64,000 nt of DNA from NCBI GenBank assembly GCA_964016885.1, contig OZ024743.1:280426001-280490000 (forward strand), given 5' to 3'. This DNA comes from Eledone cirrhosa (taxonomy: Eukaryota). The position numbers and the translations under genes are program-made. The notes beneath the pieces were generated by a model that worked only from the letters and a program-made list of their open reading frames with translations, searched no databases and was not told where the DNA came from. Shown piece after piece: positions 15,001-28,057 of the stretch (position 1 is the stretch's first letter; each line of letters begins with the position of its first letter).

Positions 15001-18000
15001 TATAGTAATGGTGTTTGTATTAATGTATGTGGTAATGTTGGGTATAGTAATGGTGTTTGTATTAATGTATGTGGTAATGTTGGGTATAGTAATGGTGTTT
15101 GTATTAATATATGTGGTAATGTTGGGTATAGTAATGGTGTTTGTATTAATATATGTGGTAATCTTAGGTATAGTAATGGTTTTTGTATTAATATATGTGG
15201 TAATGTTGGGTATAGTAGTAGTGTTTGTATTAATATATGTGGTAACTTGGGTATAGTAATGGTGTTTGTATTAATATATGTGGTAATGTTGCGTATAGTA
15301 ATAGTGTTTGTATTAATGTATGTGGTAATGTTGGGTATAGTAATGGTGTTTGTATTAATGTATGTGGTAATGTTGGGTGTAGTAATGGTGTTTGTATTAA
15401 TGTATGTAGTAATGTTGGGTATAGTAATGGTGTTTGTATTAATGTATGTGGTAATGTTGGGTATAGTAATGGTGTTTGTATTAATGTATGTGGTAATGTT
15501 GTGTATAGTAATGGTGTTTGTATTAATGTATGTGGTAATGTTGGGTATAGTAATAGTGTTTGTATTAATGTATGTGGTAATGTTAGGTATAGTAATGGTG
15601 TTTGTATTAATATATGTGGTAATGTTGGGTATAGTAATGGTGTTTGTATTAATGTATGTGGTAATGTTGCGTATAGTAATAGTGTTTGTATTAATGTATG
15701 TGGTAATGTTAGGTATAGTAATGGTGTTTGTATTAATATATGTGGTAATGCTGGCTGTAGTAATCGTGTTTGTATTAATATATGTGGTAATGTTGGGTGT
15801 AGTAATGGTGTTTGTATTAATATATGTGGTAATGTTGGGTATAGTAATAGTGTTTGTATTAATGTATGTGGTAATGTTGGGTATAGTAATGGTGTTTGTA
15901 TTAATGTATGTGGTAATGTTGGGTGTAGTAATGGTGTTAGTATTAATGTATGTGGTAATGTTGGGTATAATAATGGTGTTTGTATTAATATATGTGGTAA
16001 TGTTGGGTATAGTAATGGTGTTTGTATTAATGTATGTGGTAATGTTGGGTATAGTAATGGTGTTTGTATTAATGTATGTGGTAATGTTGGGTATAGTAAT
16101 GGTGTTTGTATTAATATATGTGGTAATGTTGGGTATAGTAATGGTGTTTGTATTAATATATGTGGTAATGTTGGGTATAGTAATGGTGTTTGTATTAATG
16201 TATGGGATAACGTTAGGTATAGTAATGGTGTTTGTATTAATGTATGTGGTAATGTTGGGTGTAGTAATGGTGTTTGTATTAATGTATGTGGTAACGTTGG
16301 GTATAGTAATGGTGTTTGTATTAATGTATGTGGTAATGTTGGGTGTAGTAATGGTGTTTGTATTAATATATGTGGTAATGTTGGGTATAGTAATGGTGTT
16401 TGTATTAATATATGTGGTAATGTTGGGTATAGTAATGGTGTTTGTATTAATGTATGTGGTAATGTTGGGTATAGTAATGGTGTTTGTATTAATATATGTG
16501 GTAATGTTGGGTATAGTAATGGTGTTTGTATTAATGTATGTCGTAATGTTGGGTATAGTAATGGTGTTTGTATTAATGTATGTGGTAATGTTGGGTATAG
16601 TAATGGTGTTTGTATTAATATATGTGGTAATTTTGGGTATAGTAATGGTGTTTGTATTAATATATGTGGTAATGTTGTGTAGATTAATGGTGTTTGTATT
16701 AATATATGTGGTAATGTTGGGTATAGTAATGGTGTTTGTATTAACGTATGTGGTAATGTTGGGTATAGTAATGGTGTTTGTATTAATGTATGTGGTAATG
16801 TTGGGTATAGTAATGGTGTTTGTATCAATGTATGTGGTAATGTTGGGTATAGTAATAGTGTTTGTATTAATATATGTGGTAATGTTGGGTATAGTAATGG
16901 TGTTTGTATTAATGTATGTGGTAATGTTGGGTATAGTAATGGTGTTTGTATTAATATATGTGGTAATGTTGTGTATAGTAATGGTGTTTGTATTAATATA
17001 TGTGATAATGTTGGGTATAGTAATGGTGTTTGTATTAATGCATGTGGTAATGTTGTGTATATTAATGGTGTTTGTATTAATATATGTGATAATGTTGGGT
17101 ATAGTAATGGTGTTTGTATTAATGCATGTGGTAATGTTGGGTATAGTAATGGTGTTTGTATTAATACATGTGGTAATGTTGGGTATAGTAATGGTGTTTG
17201 TATTAATATATGTGGTAATGTTGGGTATAGTAATGGTGTTTGTATTAATGTATGTAGTAATGTTGGGTATAGTAATGGTGTTTGTATTAATGTATGTAGT
17301 AATGTTGCGTATAGTAATAGTGTTTGTATTAATGTATGTGGTAATGTTGGGTATAGTAATGGTGTTTGTATTAATGTATGTGGTAATGTTGGGTATAGTA
17401 ATGGTGTTTGTATTAATATATGTAGTAATGTTGGGTATAGTAATGGTGTTTGTATTAATGTATGTGGTAGTGTTGGGTATAGTAATGGTGTTTGTTTTAA
17501 TATATGTGGTAATGTTGTGTATAGTAATGGTGGTTGTATTAATGTATGTAGTAATGTTGGGTATAGTAATGGTGTTTGTATTAATATATGTGGTAATGTT
17601 GGGTATAGTAATGGTGTTTGTATTAATATATGTGGTAATGTTGGGTATAGTAATGGTGTTTGTATTAATGTATGTGGTAATGTTGGGTATAGTAATGGTG
17701 TTTGTATTAATATATGTGGTAATGTTGTGTATAGTAATGGTGTTTGTATTAATGTATGTAGTAATGTTGGGTATAGTAATGGTGTTTGTATTAATGTATG
17801 TGGTAATGTTGGGTATAGTAATTGTGTTTGTATTAATATATGTGGTAATGTTAGGTATAGTAATGGTGTTTGTATTAATATATGTGGTAATGTTGGGTAT
17901 AGTAATGGTGTTTGTATTAATGTATGTGGTAATGTTGGGTATAGTAATGGTGTTTGTATTAATGTATGTGGTAATGTTGGGTATAGTAATGGTGTTTGTA

Positions 18001-18550
18001 TTAATATATGTGGTAATGTTGGGTATAGTAATGGTGTTTGTATTAATATATGTGGTAATGTTGTGTATAGTAATGGTGGTTGTATTAATGTATGTAGTAA
18101 TGTTGGGTATAGTAATGGTGTTTGTATTAATGTATGTGGTAATGTTGGGTATAGTAATGGTGTTTGTATTAATGTATGTGGTAATGTTGTGTATAGTAAT
18201 GGTGTTTGTATTAATATATGTGGTAACGTTGGGTATAGTAATGGTGTTTGTATTAATGTATGTGGTAATGTTGGGTGTAGTAATGTTGTTTGTATTAATG
18301 TATGTGGTAATGTTGGGTATAGTAATGGTGTTTGTATTAATGTATGTGGTAATGTTGGGTATAGTAATGGTGTTTGTATTAATGTATGTGGTAATGTTGG
18401 GTATAGTAATGGTGTTTGTATTAATGTATGTGGTAATGTTGGGTGTAGTAATGGTGTTTGTATTAATATATGTGGTAATGTTGGGTATAGTAATGGTGTT
18501 TGTATTAATGTATGTGGTAATGTTGGGTGTAGTAATGGTGTTTGTATTAA
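1..18550. repeat. 42-bp tandem satellite array (about 440 monomers; runs off the left edge of the window)
   Basis: Consensus AATRTATGTGGTAATGTTGGGTATAGTAATGGTGTTTGTATT repeats continuously with few variants. The + strand is almost free of C. The long ORFs here are translations of the 14-codon period. Confidence 0.98.
6610..16770. repeat. 5,079-bp tandem block duplication within the satellite (about 6610-11690 and 11690-16770)
   Basis: Rare variants recur at offset 5079: gtaggttgt 9358/14437, tgggataacg 11124/16203, tagattaa 11601/16680, gggaatag 7779/12858. ORF pairs 9331/14410 and 10422/15501 show the same offset. 5079 = 121x42 - 3. Confidence 0.92.
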
Positions 18551-18759
18551 CCCTTTAGCATTCTCATTACTCTATATATACTATTATATTTTCATGGTAA
18601 AGGCTTTACCTCGCATAATTATCTCACATAATATCGAATCTATGAGATTTGGAAAGTATTCATTTTGGGAACAATACCTTAACATCAGTATGAGTGGCCA
18701 ATTACAGCCAATTTCCACAGGAACAGGTAGAGAATTTAGGCCGGTTTGAACATTAAAGG
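18551..18759. mobile_element. Non-autonomous piggyBac-type MITE (209 bp)
   Basis: TTAA on both sides (18547-18550, 18760-18763). Imperfect TIRs CCCTTTAGCATTC ... GAACATTAAAGG. Satellite phase (ttaa-tgta) resumes after it. Confidence 0.8.
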
Positions 18760-18763
18760 TTAA

Positions 18764-19260
18764 TGTAAGTGATAGTGTTGGTGGTATTACTGCTGGTAGT
18801 AATTGTGGTTGTACTGGTGTTTGTATTATACCGATGTTAGTATTTGTGGTTGTACTGGTATTTATATTAGTGTAGATGTTAGTATTGGTGGTTGTACTGG
18901 TGTGTGTATTAGTGCCGATGCTAGTATTTGTGGTTGTACTGGTTTTTATATTAGTGTACATGTTAGTATTGGTGGTTGTACTGGTGTTTGTATTAGTGCA
19001 GATGTTAGTATTGCTGGTTGTACTGGTATTTGTATTAGTGCAGATGTTAGTATTGGTGGTTGTACTGGTGTTTGTATTAATGTATGTGGTACTGGTCGTT
19101 GTAGTATTGATCGTTATACTGGTTTTTGCAGGTATGTAGGTTTGTGGTAATAATGGTGTTTCTATTAATGTAGGTGATAGTGTATGTCATATAAGTTTTA
19201 GTATTGGTGCAGATTGTAGTATTGGTGGTCGTGTTTGTGGTAATGTACGTACTAATGTAC
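18764..19260. repeat. Diverged 42-bp monomers related to the main satellite
   Basis: About six 42-bp units GATGTTAGTATTGGTGGTTGTACTGGTGTTTGTATTAGTGCA at 18833-19080, sharing GGTGTTTGTATTA with the main monomer, then decaying. Confidence 0.8.
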
Positions 19261-21129
19261 GTTCTGTTTAGAATTGACGACAATATTTGGTAACATTTAT
19301 TTTGGAATATTATATTCGTATTATCTATACTATCACTACAGTAATTGTGTATTGTAGTGATAGTGATAGTTTACTGTGATAGTGTACTGTGATAGTGTTA
19401 GTGATAGTGGTAGTATCGTTCTTGGTATTCGCATTGGTATAGGTTTGTATTGAGCAAACTTTTATTCAAATGCTTTCCAGCTCTTACTATCCTAACTTTT
19501 CATTTACTCAGTGCACCCAGCATTATCATATGTAGGTGTCCTTTTCTATGAATGTAGTAGACAGAACAACCGTGTAGAGGCTCCAATCATGACTCGTGAT
19601 TGTTGTTGGTGGGATCTGAGGAAGATGTAGCTACTATTTCTAGCATATTAAGCGACTGCTTAGTAATTACTGTTGTATTACAGATGGGGTTAATTGTGAT
19701 GAGTAGTAGTGATGGTGGTGGTGATAATGGTGGTGGTGTGTGGGGGGGGGGGGCTTGGTCGTCGTCATATCCCTGCTTTTTGTGATTGCAACTGTTACTG
19801 TTTAGCTTCATGCTAGCCCAGATTAAAGAGACCTATAGTCAAAGACAGTCCTACCGTAACCATCCCGTCGTGTCACGATATCTTTAAGACTACGTTATCA
19901 AATGTGTTCTTCGTTTTTTAAACTACATTTAGTGTGTGATTTAAGGGAGAGGTCACCACTATTTCTAGTATGTCAAACTGCCACAGAGCTCAGTTTTTGT
20001 TGATATTGTTGTTTAACCTTACGTCAACCCTCGCTGATTAAATTTATGACCAGAGCTTTCTGTTCTTTAGAATCTCGTGTATGTCAGAGATTACATTTTC
20101 CATTATGTCTTTTCCCTTATTTAAAGACGGTAAGTTACTTTTGAGGAAATTCGACTGCTTTTTCTTGCTGATTGAGTGATTGCTAAAGGTTCTGTTCTGA
20201 ATCATTTAGTGTTAAAAACTGCATGCAGGTATGACTGTATGTCTAAGAGTACGTTTCTCAACTACGTGATTTCGGGTTCACCTTGGGCAATTTTATTCTG
20301 ACTTCAACTCAGGTCGACAGAAGACATGTGAGTAAAATTGTTGTTTATTGAGATGGAAGGAATGACAGTCCCCATGATTTTTTTTTGGGGGGGGGGGGGG
20401 GGTCCGAGAGAGGTGAGAGGGTGGAATTTATTGGCAAACTGAAGACCTTGCCACAAATGCTTGCAACAGAGTTGACTCCACTGAATTTACAGTTTCAAGT
20501 ACTCCTGTTGTGACAATATCTTCATAACTTTTTCTCCTACCAATCAAGAGAAACATCTTGGGCCCTGTCTTTCCGCCTTTGACTTATGCTATTGATCCTA
20601 TAGAATATATCTATAAAGGTTTAGTTAACATTTGATGGATATATATGTGTAAACATTTTGTCACTATATACTATATTTTCGTGCACTGAAAAAAAGAACG
20701 CGGACCCATTTTAATTTCTTCTTACGTATGAGACTGTTGCTGTCTCAAATGATTGTCGTTCACCTGATTGAAATCAGATATCAATTATCAGTTTCCAGGG
20801 CCCAGCGCAATTTAATGCGAGTGGGGTGTTGCATGTCAGCCCGAAAAATTGTGGTTGAGCGTTTGACGGCCAATCAGACATACTGGCTGGATAGGTGAAT
20901 GGATGCATGGATGGATAGATAGATGGATGGTGTGATGAATAGGTAAATGAATGGATGGGTGAATAAATGGATGAATAGATGGATAGATTGGAGGATTTGA
21001 TGGATGAAGGTGTGAATGAAAATATGAGCCAGCAGGATGAATGATTAGATAGGTGAATGGCTGGCAAGTTGGATGGATGGATGGATGTATGGATGAATAG
21101 ACGGGGGGGGGGGGGTTAAAGCAGAATTA

Positions 21130-22149
21130 ATGGATGGATGGATGGAGAGTTGGATAGATGGATGGATGGGGAGTTGGATAGATGGATGGATGGGGAGTTG
21201 GATAGATGGATGGATGGAGAGTTGGATAGATGGATGGATGGGGAGTTGGATAGATGGATGGATGGAGAGTTGGATAGATGGATGGATGGGGAGTTGGATA
21301 GATGGATGGATGGGGAGTTGGATAGATGGATGGATGGAGAGTTGGATAGATGGATGGATGGGGAGTTGGATAGATGGATGGATGGGGAGTTGGATAGATG
21401 GATGGATGGGGAGTTGGATAGATGGATGGATGGAGAGTTGGATAGATGGATGGATGGGGAGTTGGATAGATGGATGGATGGAGAGTTGGATAGATGGATG
21501 GATGGGGAGTTGGATAGATGGATGGATGGGGAGTTGGATAGATGGATGGATGGGGAGTTGGATAGATGGATGGATGGGGAGTTGGATAGATGGATGGATG
21601 GGGAGTTGGATAGATGGATGGATGGAGAGTTGGATAGATGGATGGATGGGGAGTTGGATAGATGGATGGATGGAGAGTTGGATAGATGGATGGATGGGGA
21701 GTTGGATAGATGGATGGATGGGGAGTTGGATAGATGGATGGATGGAGAGTTGGATAGATGGATGGATGGGGAGTTGGATAGATGGATGGATGGAGAGTTG
21801 GATAGATGGATGGATGGGGAGTTGGATAGATGGATGGATGGGGAGTTGGATAGATGGATGGATGGAGAGTTGGATAGATGGATGGATGGGGAGTTGGATA
21901 GATGGATGGATGGAGAGTTGGATAGATGGATGGATGGGGAGTTGGATAGATGGATGGATGGGGAGTTGGATAGATGGATGGATGGGGAGTTGGATAGATG
22001 GATGGATGGAGAGTTGGATAGATGGATGGATGGAGAGTTGGATAGATGGATGGATGGAGAGTTGGATAGATGGATGGATGGAGAGTTGGATAGATGGATG
22101 GATGGAGAGTTGGATAGATGGATGGATGGAGAGTTGGATAGATGGATGA
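21130..22149. repeat. 24-bp minisatellite (about 42 copies) within a degenerate (GGAT)n/(GATA)n tract
   Basis: Unit GGATAGATGGATGGATGG(G/A)GAGTT with one polymorphic position. Flanked by degenerate GGAT repeats at 20890-21100 and 22150-22190. Confidence 0.97.
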
Positions 22150-22402
22150 ACAAACGGATAGATAGATGGATAGATGGAAGGATGGATGAATAGTTGAACG
22201 GTTTAATTATAGCTCCTGAGAAGACGGTGCCGAATATTCGACTTTCAAATCTGTTTCGGTGAGAAGAAAAAAAATAACAGCTGTCAATTATTTTGATAAG
22301 TAGACATATTCTGGTTTGGTGTTGTTGCTTTGTAGCCTCTGCTTTATAGCTGGGTATCTTGGATTGGCAGCGTCTTAACTGGCTATTAAATCCTCCAATT
22401 AT

Positions 22403-22417
22403 GTGCTGCTGCTGCTG

Positions 22418-22474
<57 letters not shown>

Positions 22475-22674
22475 TTTCTTCTTCTTCTTTCGTGCAAACC
22501 ACATGCAGTCCCGTTAGGAAACACGTATGCATAGATATACACTAACGTGTGTTTAGAATATTCATAAATATACACATATCTTAATATATATACATATACA
22601 TATATGCGCACATACATATATATATATACATATATGTGTATAAATATTTATGTATGTATATGTATATATATATA

Positions 22675-22705
<31 letters not shown>

Positions 22706-23208
22706 CATACATACATGCATGCGTATATATGTATGCATGCATACATATATGTATGCATATATACATGTATACATACATGCATACATGTATACATACATGC
22801 ATACATATATACACACATGCATACATACATACATGCATACATACATACATACATACATACATACATACATACATACATACATACATACATACATACATAC
22901 ATGCATGCATACATTTATATGCACACAATTCGCAAAATATTCAAATGATATACACATACATGGCTGAGAACGAATAAATAGCGATATAATGCCTGTAGAG
23001 TTAGTCTAACTAGACAATTAAAACACCCATATACATATCCGTCCATGTATCTACTGACACATATATACACTTGCATGAATATGCAAACATTTACACAAAC
23101 GCAAATTGCTCAAATAGAGCTATTAATCATAGTATATGCATTTGTAAACAGAATATGTTTCAGAGAATATGTATATATATGCATGTATGTGTATATACAT
23201 GTATGTAT

Positions 23209-23291
<83 letters not shown>

Positions 23292-23297
23292 TATAAG

Positions 23298-23331
<34 letters not shown>

Positions 23332-23363
23332 TATATACTATATATATATACACACACACACAC

Positions 23364-23412
<49 letters not shown>

Positions 23413-23489
23413 TATACTATATATATACATATATATATATTTATATATAGATACACAGACACATACAGACACACACACGCATATATGTA

Positions 23490-23533
<44 letters not shown>

Positions 23534-23690
23534 CATACTGCATATGTATGCACATGCATATACACGCATATAAATCTATTTTTCACGCACTTATATGCAC
23601 TCAAGCATCTGCAGTCCTCCCCCTTACACAGATACACACAGATATCACACACATACCTAAACGTACACCAACACACACACACATGAATAA
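22403..23690. repeat. Microsatellite cluster (CTA)n, (TA)n, (CATA)n, (CA)n
   Basis: Simple repeats read directly. Confidence 0.9.
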
Positions 23691-23934
23691 AAGACCATCC
23701 GCATACAATATCATTTTCCTCACGTTTCCCTCTTTCCTTCTCAAAGATTCAAAGTTATAACCACAGAAAAGCAGCCGATCATTAGAAAAACATGTTTCTA
23801 TTGGTCTTTCCATAGCTGGTATTATTTGCTGATTGCACCTCCTAGAAGAAGGTGAGATTTGAATAAAGCTAAGTCAGGTACCGCAAAGCATCCCATCTGA
23901 TTCTTTAATAATTCAGTTATTCCAGGGCCCCAAG

Positions 23935-24070
23935 GCTAGTATTTTATTTATCGACCCTGAAATAAATATTAAAGTTGATCTCGACGGGATGTGAATTCAG
24001 ACAGCAGTGAATGAGGACAATAATAGTGAGGAATTTTGTCTGACACTCCTAACAAATTTGCCAATTTGCA
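23935..24070 (-). mobile_element. Degenerate tRNA-derived SINE
   Basis: ttttatttatcgaccctgaa...aaagttgatctcgacgggatgtgaattcag resembles the better-preserved SINE copies at 25200 and 39204. Confidence 0.6.
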
Positions 24071-24573
24071 GCTGTCAGTATAAAAATGTCTGAAACATAT
24101 AACAAACAAACGAACGAGTGCAATATGCATGCAGTGTCTCATCCTGCTAGAAATAGCAGCGCAATTTTCCTCAATCGCTCACAACTTACCATGTTGAAAA
24201 ATAGAAGGATGGACATGGTTCGGCTGAACAGTTCATAAGCAGACTATGAAGGAGTCATGCTAGAGCTGTGAAATCTTGCATGCATGAATTTCAACTCTAC
24301 TTCTTAGTGATTTCATTGTTTCTTTCCGGGGACTATAATGAAAAATAAACCTCATTTGGTCATCCCATGAGAGTATCTTGGTCAGCCTATGAACTTTTCA
24401 GCCAAACCCTCGTATTAGGTAATGTGAACTTAGATACACTAGTCATAAAAATATAATAGAATGCTCATAACTATTGTTTGGCGTTGATTTGTTTTTTATA
24501 GATCGGCTTGATGGAAGCTAACCTCGACTTATTCAAGAAGAATCCTTTACGACAGGGAATAAATCACCTCCGT

Positions 24574-25112
24574 CACCACCACCACCAGCACCATCCTCAT
24601 CATCCCTACCACCACCACCAGCACCATCCTCATCATCCCTACCACCACCAGCACCATCCTCATCATCCCTACCACCACCACCACCAGCACCATCCTCATC
24701 ATCCCTACCACCACCACCAGCACCATCCTCATCATCACCACCAGCACCAGCACCAGCACCATCATCACCACCACCACCACCAGCACCATCCTCATCATCC
24801 CTACCACCACCAGCACCAGCACTACCATCATCATCACCACCAACACCAAAACCACCACCCTCATCACCACCACCAGCACCAGCACCATCCTCATCACCAC
24901 CACCACCACCACCAGCACCACCCTCATCATCCCTACTAGCACCAGCACCACCCTCATCACCACCACCACCACCACCAGCACCACCCTCATCACCACCACC
25001 ACCACCACCAGCACCACCCTCATCATCCCTACTAGCACCAGCACCACCCTCATCACCACCACCACCACCACCAGCACCACCCTCATCATCCCTACCACCA
25101 GCACCATCTCCA
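24574..25112. repeat. (CAC/CAG/CAT)n compound trinucleotide minisatellite
   Basis: Recurrent unit CACCAGCACCATCCTCATCATCCCTAC with variable CAC runs. Confidence 0.9.
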
Positions 25113-25199
25113 CTACCATCACAAATCCACAACAACACCACTGCCCCCTACCACCTGTTCGCCACCGTCGCCATGACCAATAACAAGAACAATATCAAT

Positions 25200-25380
25200 A
25201 ATTGTTTCTACTTTAGGCACAAGGCCAGGAAATACTCAGTGCATTACTGGTACTTTATTTTATCGACCCCGGAAGGATGAAAGGCAAAGTTAACCTCGGC
25301 GGGATTTGAACTCAGACCACAAAGGGGCGTAACTCTATGCTGCAAAGCATGGTGTCCGACCCTCTACCGATACTGCCAAA
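25200..25380 (-). mobile_element. tRNA-derived SINE with Meta-type central domain
   Basis: Minus strand reads TGGCAGTATCGGTAGAGGGTCGGAC (A-box-like), GAGTTCAAATCCC (B-box), then GCCTTTCATCCTTCCGGGGTCGATAAAATAAAGTACCAG. The last segment resembles the MetaSINE domain from memory. Same family as 39204 and 62123. Confidence 0.85.
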
Positions 25381-25467
25381 ACGGGAAGAACGACAAAGAA
25401 AAGCGCGTTAACAACAATCACAGGACATAGGAGGGGTGGAACGTGATGTCGAAGAAGAAAGAGAAAA

Positions 25468-25510
<43 letters not shown>

Positions 25511-25600
25511 GGTGGTGGTGGTGGTGGTGGTGGTGGTGGTGGTGGTGGTGGTGGTGGTGGCGGTCGTCGTCGTCGTCGTCGTGGTAGTAGTAGTTGCAGT

Positions 25601-25677
<77 letters not shown>

Positions 25678-25684
25678 CAGCATC

Positions 25685-25721
<37 letters not shown>

Positions 25722-25810
25722 ATGGTGGTGGTGGTGGTGGTGGTGGTGGTGGTGGAAGTGGTGGTGGTGGTGGTGGTGGTCGTCGTCGTCGTGGTAGTAG
25801 TAGTTGCAGT

Positions 25811-25842
<32 letters not shown>

Positions 25843-25855
25843 TAGTAGCAGCATC

Positions 25856-25917
<62 letters not shown>

Positions 25918-25947
25918 TAGTGCTGGTTCTGGTGGTGGTGGTGGTGA

Positions 25948-25993
<46 letters not shown>

Positions 25994-26185
25994 GGTGGTG
26001 GTGGTGGTGGTGGTGGTGGTGGTGATGGTGGAAGTGGTGATGGTGGTGGTGGTGGTGGTCGTCGTCGTCGTCGTTGTCGTGGTAGTAGTAGTTGCAGTAG
26101 CAGCAGCAGCAGTAGTAGTAGTAGCAGTAGTAGCAGCATCAGTAGTAGTAGTAGTAGTAGTAGTAGTCGGAGTAGGAGGAGGAGG
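25468..26185. repeat. Compound (TAG)/(TGG)/(TCG)/(CAG) trinucleotide array, three higher-order units
   Basis: Cassette (GGT)n-(CGT)n-GGTAGTAGTAGTTGCAGT-(AGC)n-(AGT)n-AGCATC occurs three times (about 25500, 25720, 26040). Confidence 0.9.
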
Positions 26186-26599
26186 AGACCGGTCTCAACA
26201 ACAACAAACAACAACGGCAATAACAGTCTACAGTAATAACCACAAACACTTTATTCATACACATGTATTTCTCAGAGTCACTGAAGCAAACGTGGATTGT
26301 ATTGATTTCATAGTAAGACGACATTTTGTGGGGAGTGAACAGTCGACTAAATCAATCCAGTGCTTAACTGGTCCTTTATTACACTACTTGATAGACATCA
26401 ACTTTACTGACACCAGAATAATCAGAGAGTCATCATCGGTAGGATTTTGACCAAAGAATAAAATGGCGTGATTAAATACTACAATGTATTTTATCAAGTG
26501 AATTGGTGAGTTGGCTGCATACAACGTTGGATAGAATGATTTGAGGTACTCATTCTGTATGTCTGTGATCTGACTCCAAATCCAGCCAAGGTGAACTTT

Positions 26600-26860
26600 A
26601 CCTTTCATCTTTTGGAGGTAGCTACAGGGCACCTTGGGCAAGTGCCATTTACCATACCCCCAGGCCGATCTAAACTTTGGCAGAAAAGTTGAGTAAATGA
26701 AAGCTCGTAGAATGAACTGTATCCGTAAATCAAAGGTCCAGCCTTGTCAAACTGTCATGCAGAATCTCTCTATGAATATTATTATAGATACTCGTGCCCA
26801 TGGAATTCTTAGTCACCTGTACGTTAATTTTACGAGCATGTTATCGTCAACATCGACTGA
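26600..26860 (+). mobile_element. Degenerate second SINE family (related pieces at about 20220-20340, 30890-31170 and 33320-33430 on the minus strand)
   Basis: Shared motifs ccttgggcaagtg, ccagccttgtca and cacttgcatgttaatttc(ac)gagc across these loci. Confidence 0.55.
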
Positions 26861-27412
26861 GGCCCATAAGTAAGTTCAATACTGAGTGTAGCAAATGTTC
26901 GTGTTGATGGGAATCATTTGGGTCGTAAAGTTAAATGTGTTCATGATGATAAATGGCCATTGATTAAAAGAAACACAGACAGACGTACGTATAGGAGAAT
27001 ATATTCTGTCGAGATTAGAACAAAGCGACAAAGGAGAGAGACAGAAAAAGTAACTTAGCCATAGCTGTCTGCAAGAGAAAAGATCGACTTACCTGTGAGA
27101 AAAGAAATGAGCCAAGAGACTGAATAAACTTCTACTAATTATTTTTTTCATAAACTAAACTAAGATTCAGAAACTACGAGTTGCTGATTGCTTAGGATAG
27201 CTGAAGGACCAAGCTTCTTGCTTGTTTAAAGAAACAAACGTGACAACATTGAAAACCCCTACGTTGTCTGCGCAAACATTCGATATATTAGCCCTCTCTA
27301 ACATTAACAAATTGGTGAAGTGCAGAGTTATTAGGGCATCATATTAAATACCTCAGTATATACACGGTGTGAACTCAAATCCCACCGAGGTATTAGGGAT
27401 TAATTTTTCTCA

Positions 27413-27458
<46 letters not shown>

Positions 27459-27462
<4 letters not shown>

Positions 27463-27615
27463 TAATAATAAATTTGAAGACTAAAATCCAAAGAGGGCTC
27501 GATAAGGATAAATATATATCAAATATATAAGAACCGTAGAGCAAATATTTATTAAAATAACAGATTAAAGTTTAAGCAAAGAATCGCTGCTTTCACCCTT
27601 AACGGGATCTTCTGA
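27459..27615. mobile_element. About 155-bp module between (TA)n tracts, near-identical to 58366-58520
   Basis: taataataataaatttgaagactaaaatccaaagagggctcg...cccttaacgggatcttctga occurs at both loci, each starting right after (TA)n. Confidence 0.85.
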
Positions 27616-27649
27616 AAGATATATATATATATATGTGTATATATATAGG

Positions 27650-27683
<34 letters not shown>

Positions 27684-27684
27684 A

Positions 27685-27754
<70 letters not shown>

Positions 27755-27761
27755 GTATATA

Positions 27762-27882
<121 letters not shown>

Positions 27883-27906
27883 ATATAAATATATATATAT
27901 ATAAAT

Positions 27907-27937
<31 letters not shown>

Positions 27938-27952
27938 AATATATAAATATAT

Positions 27953-28022
<70 letters not shown>

Positions 28023-28057
28023 TTAAAAGAATAGAGGTGTAACACACAAGTTATTAT

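Noticed and set aside
2-18749. Long Val/Met-rich and Cys/Asn/Gly-rich ORFs
   Set aside because: By-products of a stop-free 42-bp repeat. Frequent 1-bp deletions switch frames, which shows no coding constraint.
1-22149. CRISPR-like or telomeric interpretation of the arrays
   Set aside because: No unique spacers or cas genes, and no (TTAGGG)n or (TTAGG)n runs, only isolated TTAGG variants.
24508-26450. His-rich, Gly/Asp-rich and poly-Ser/Gly/Val ORFs
   Set aside because: Trinucleotide repeats open in several frames, with no unique coding flanks or supportable exon structure.
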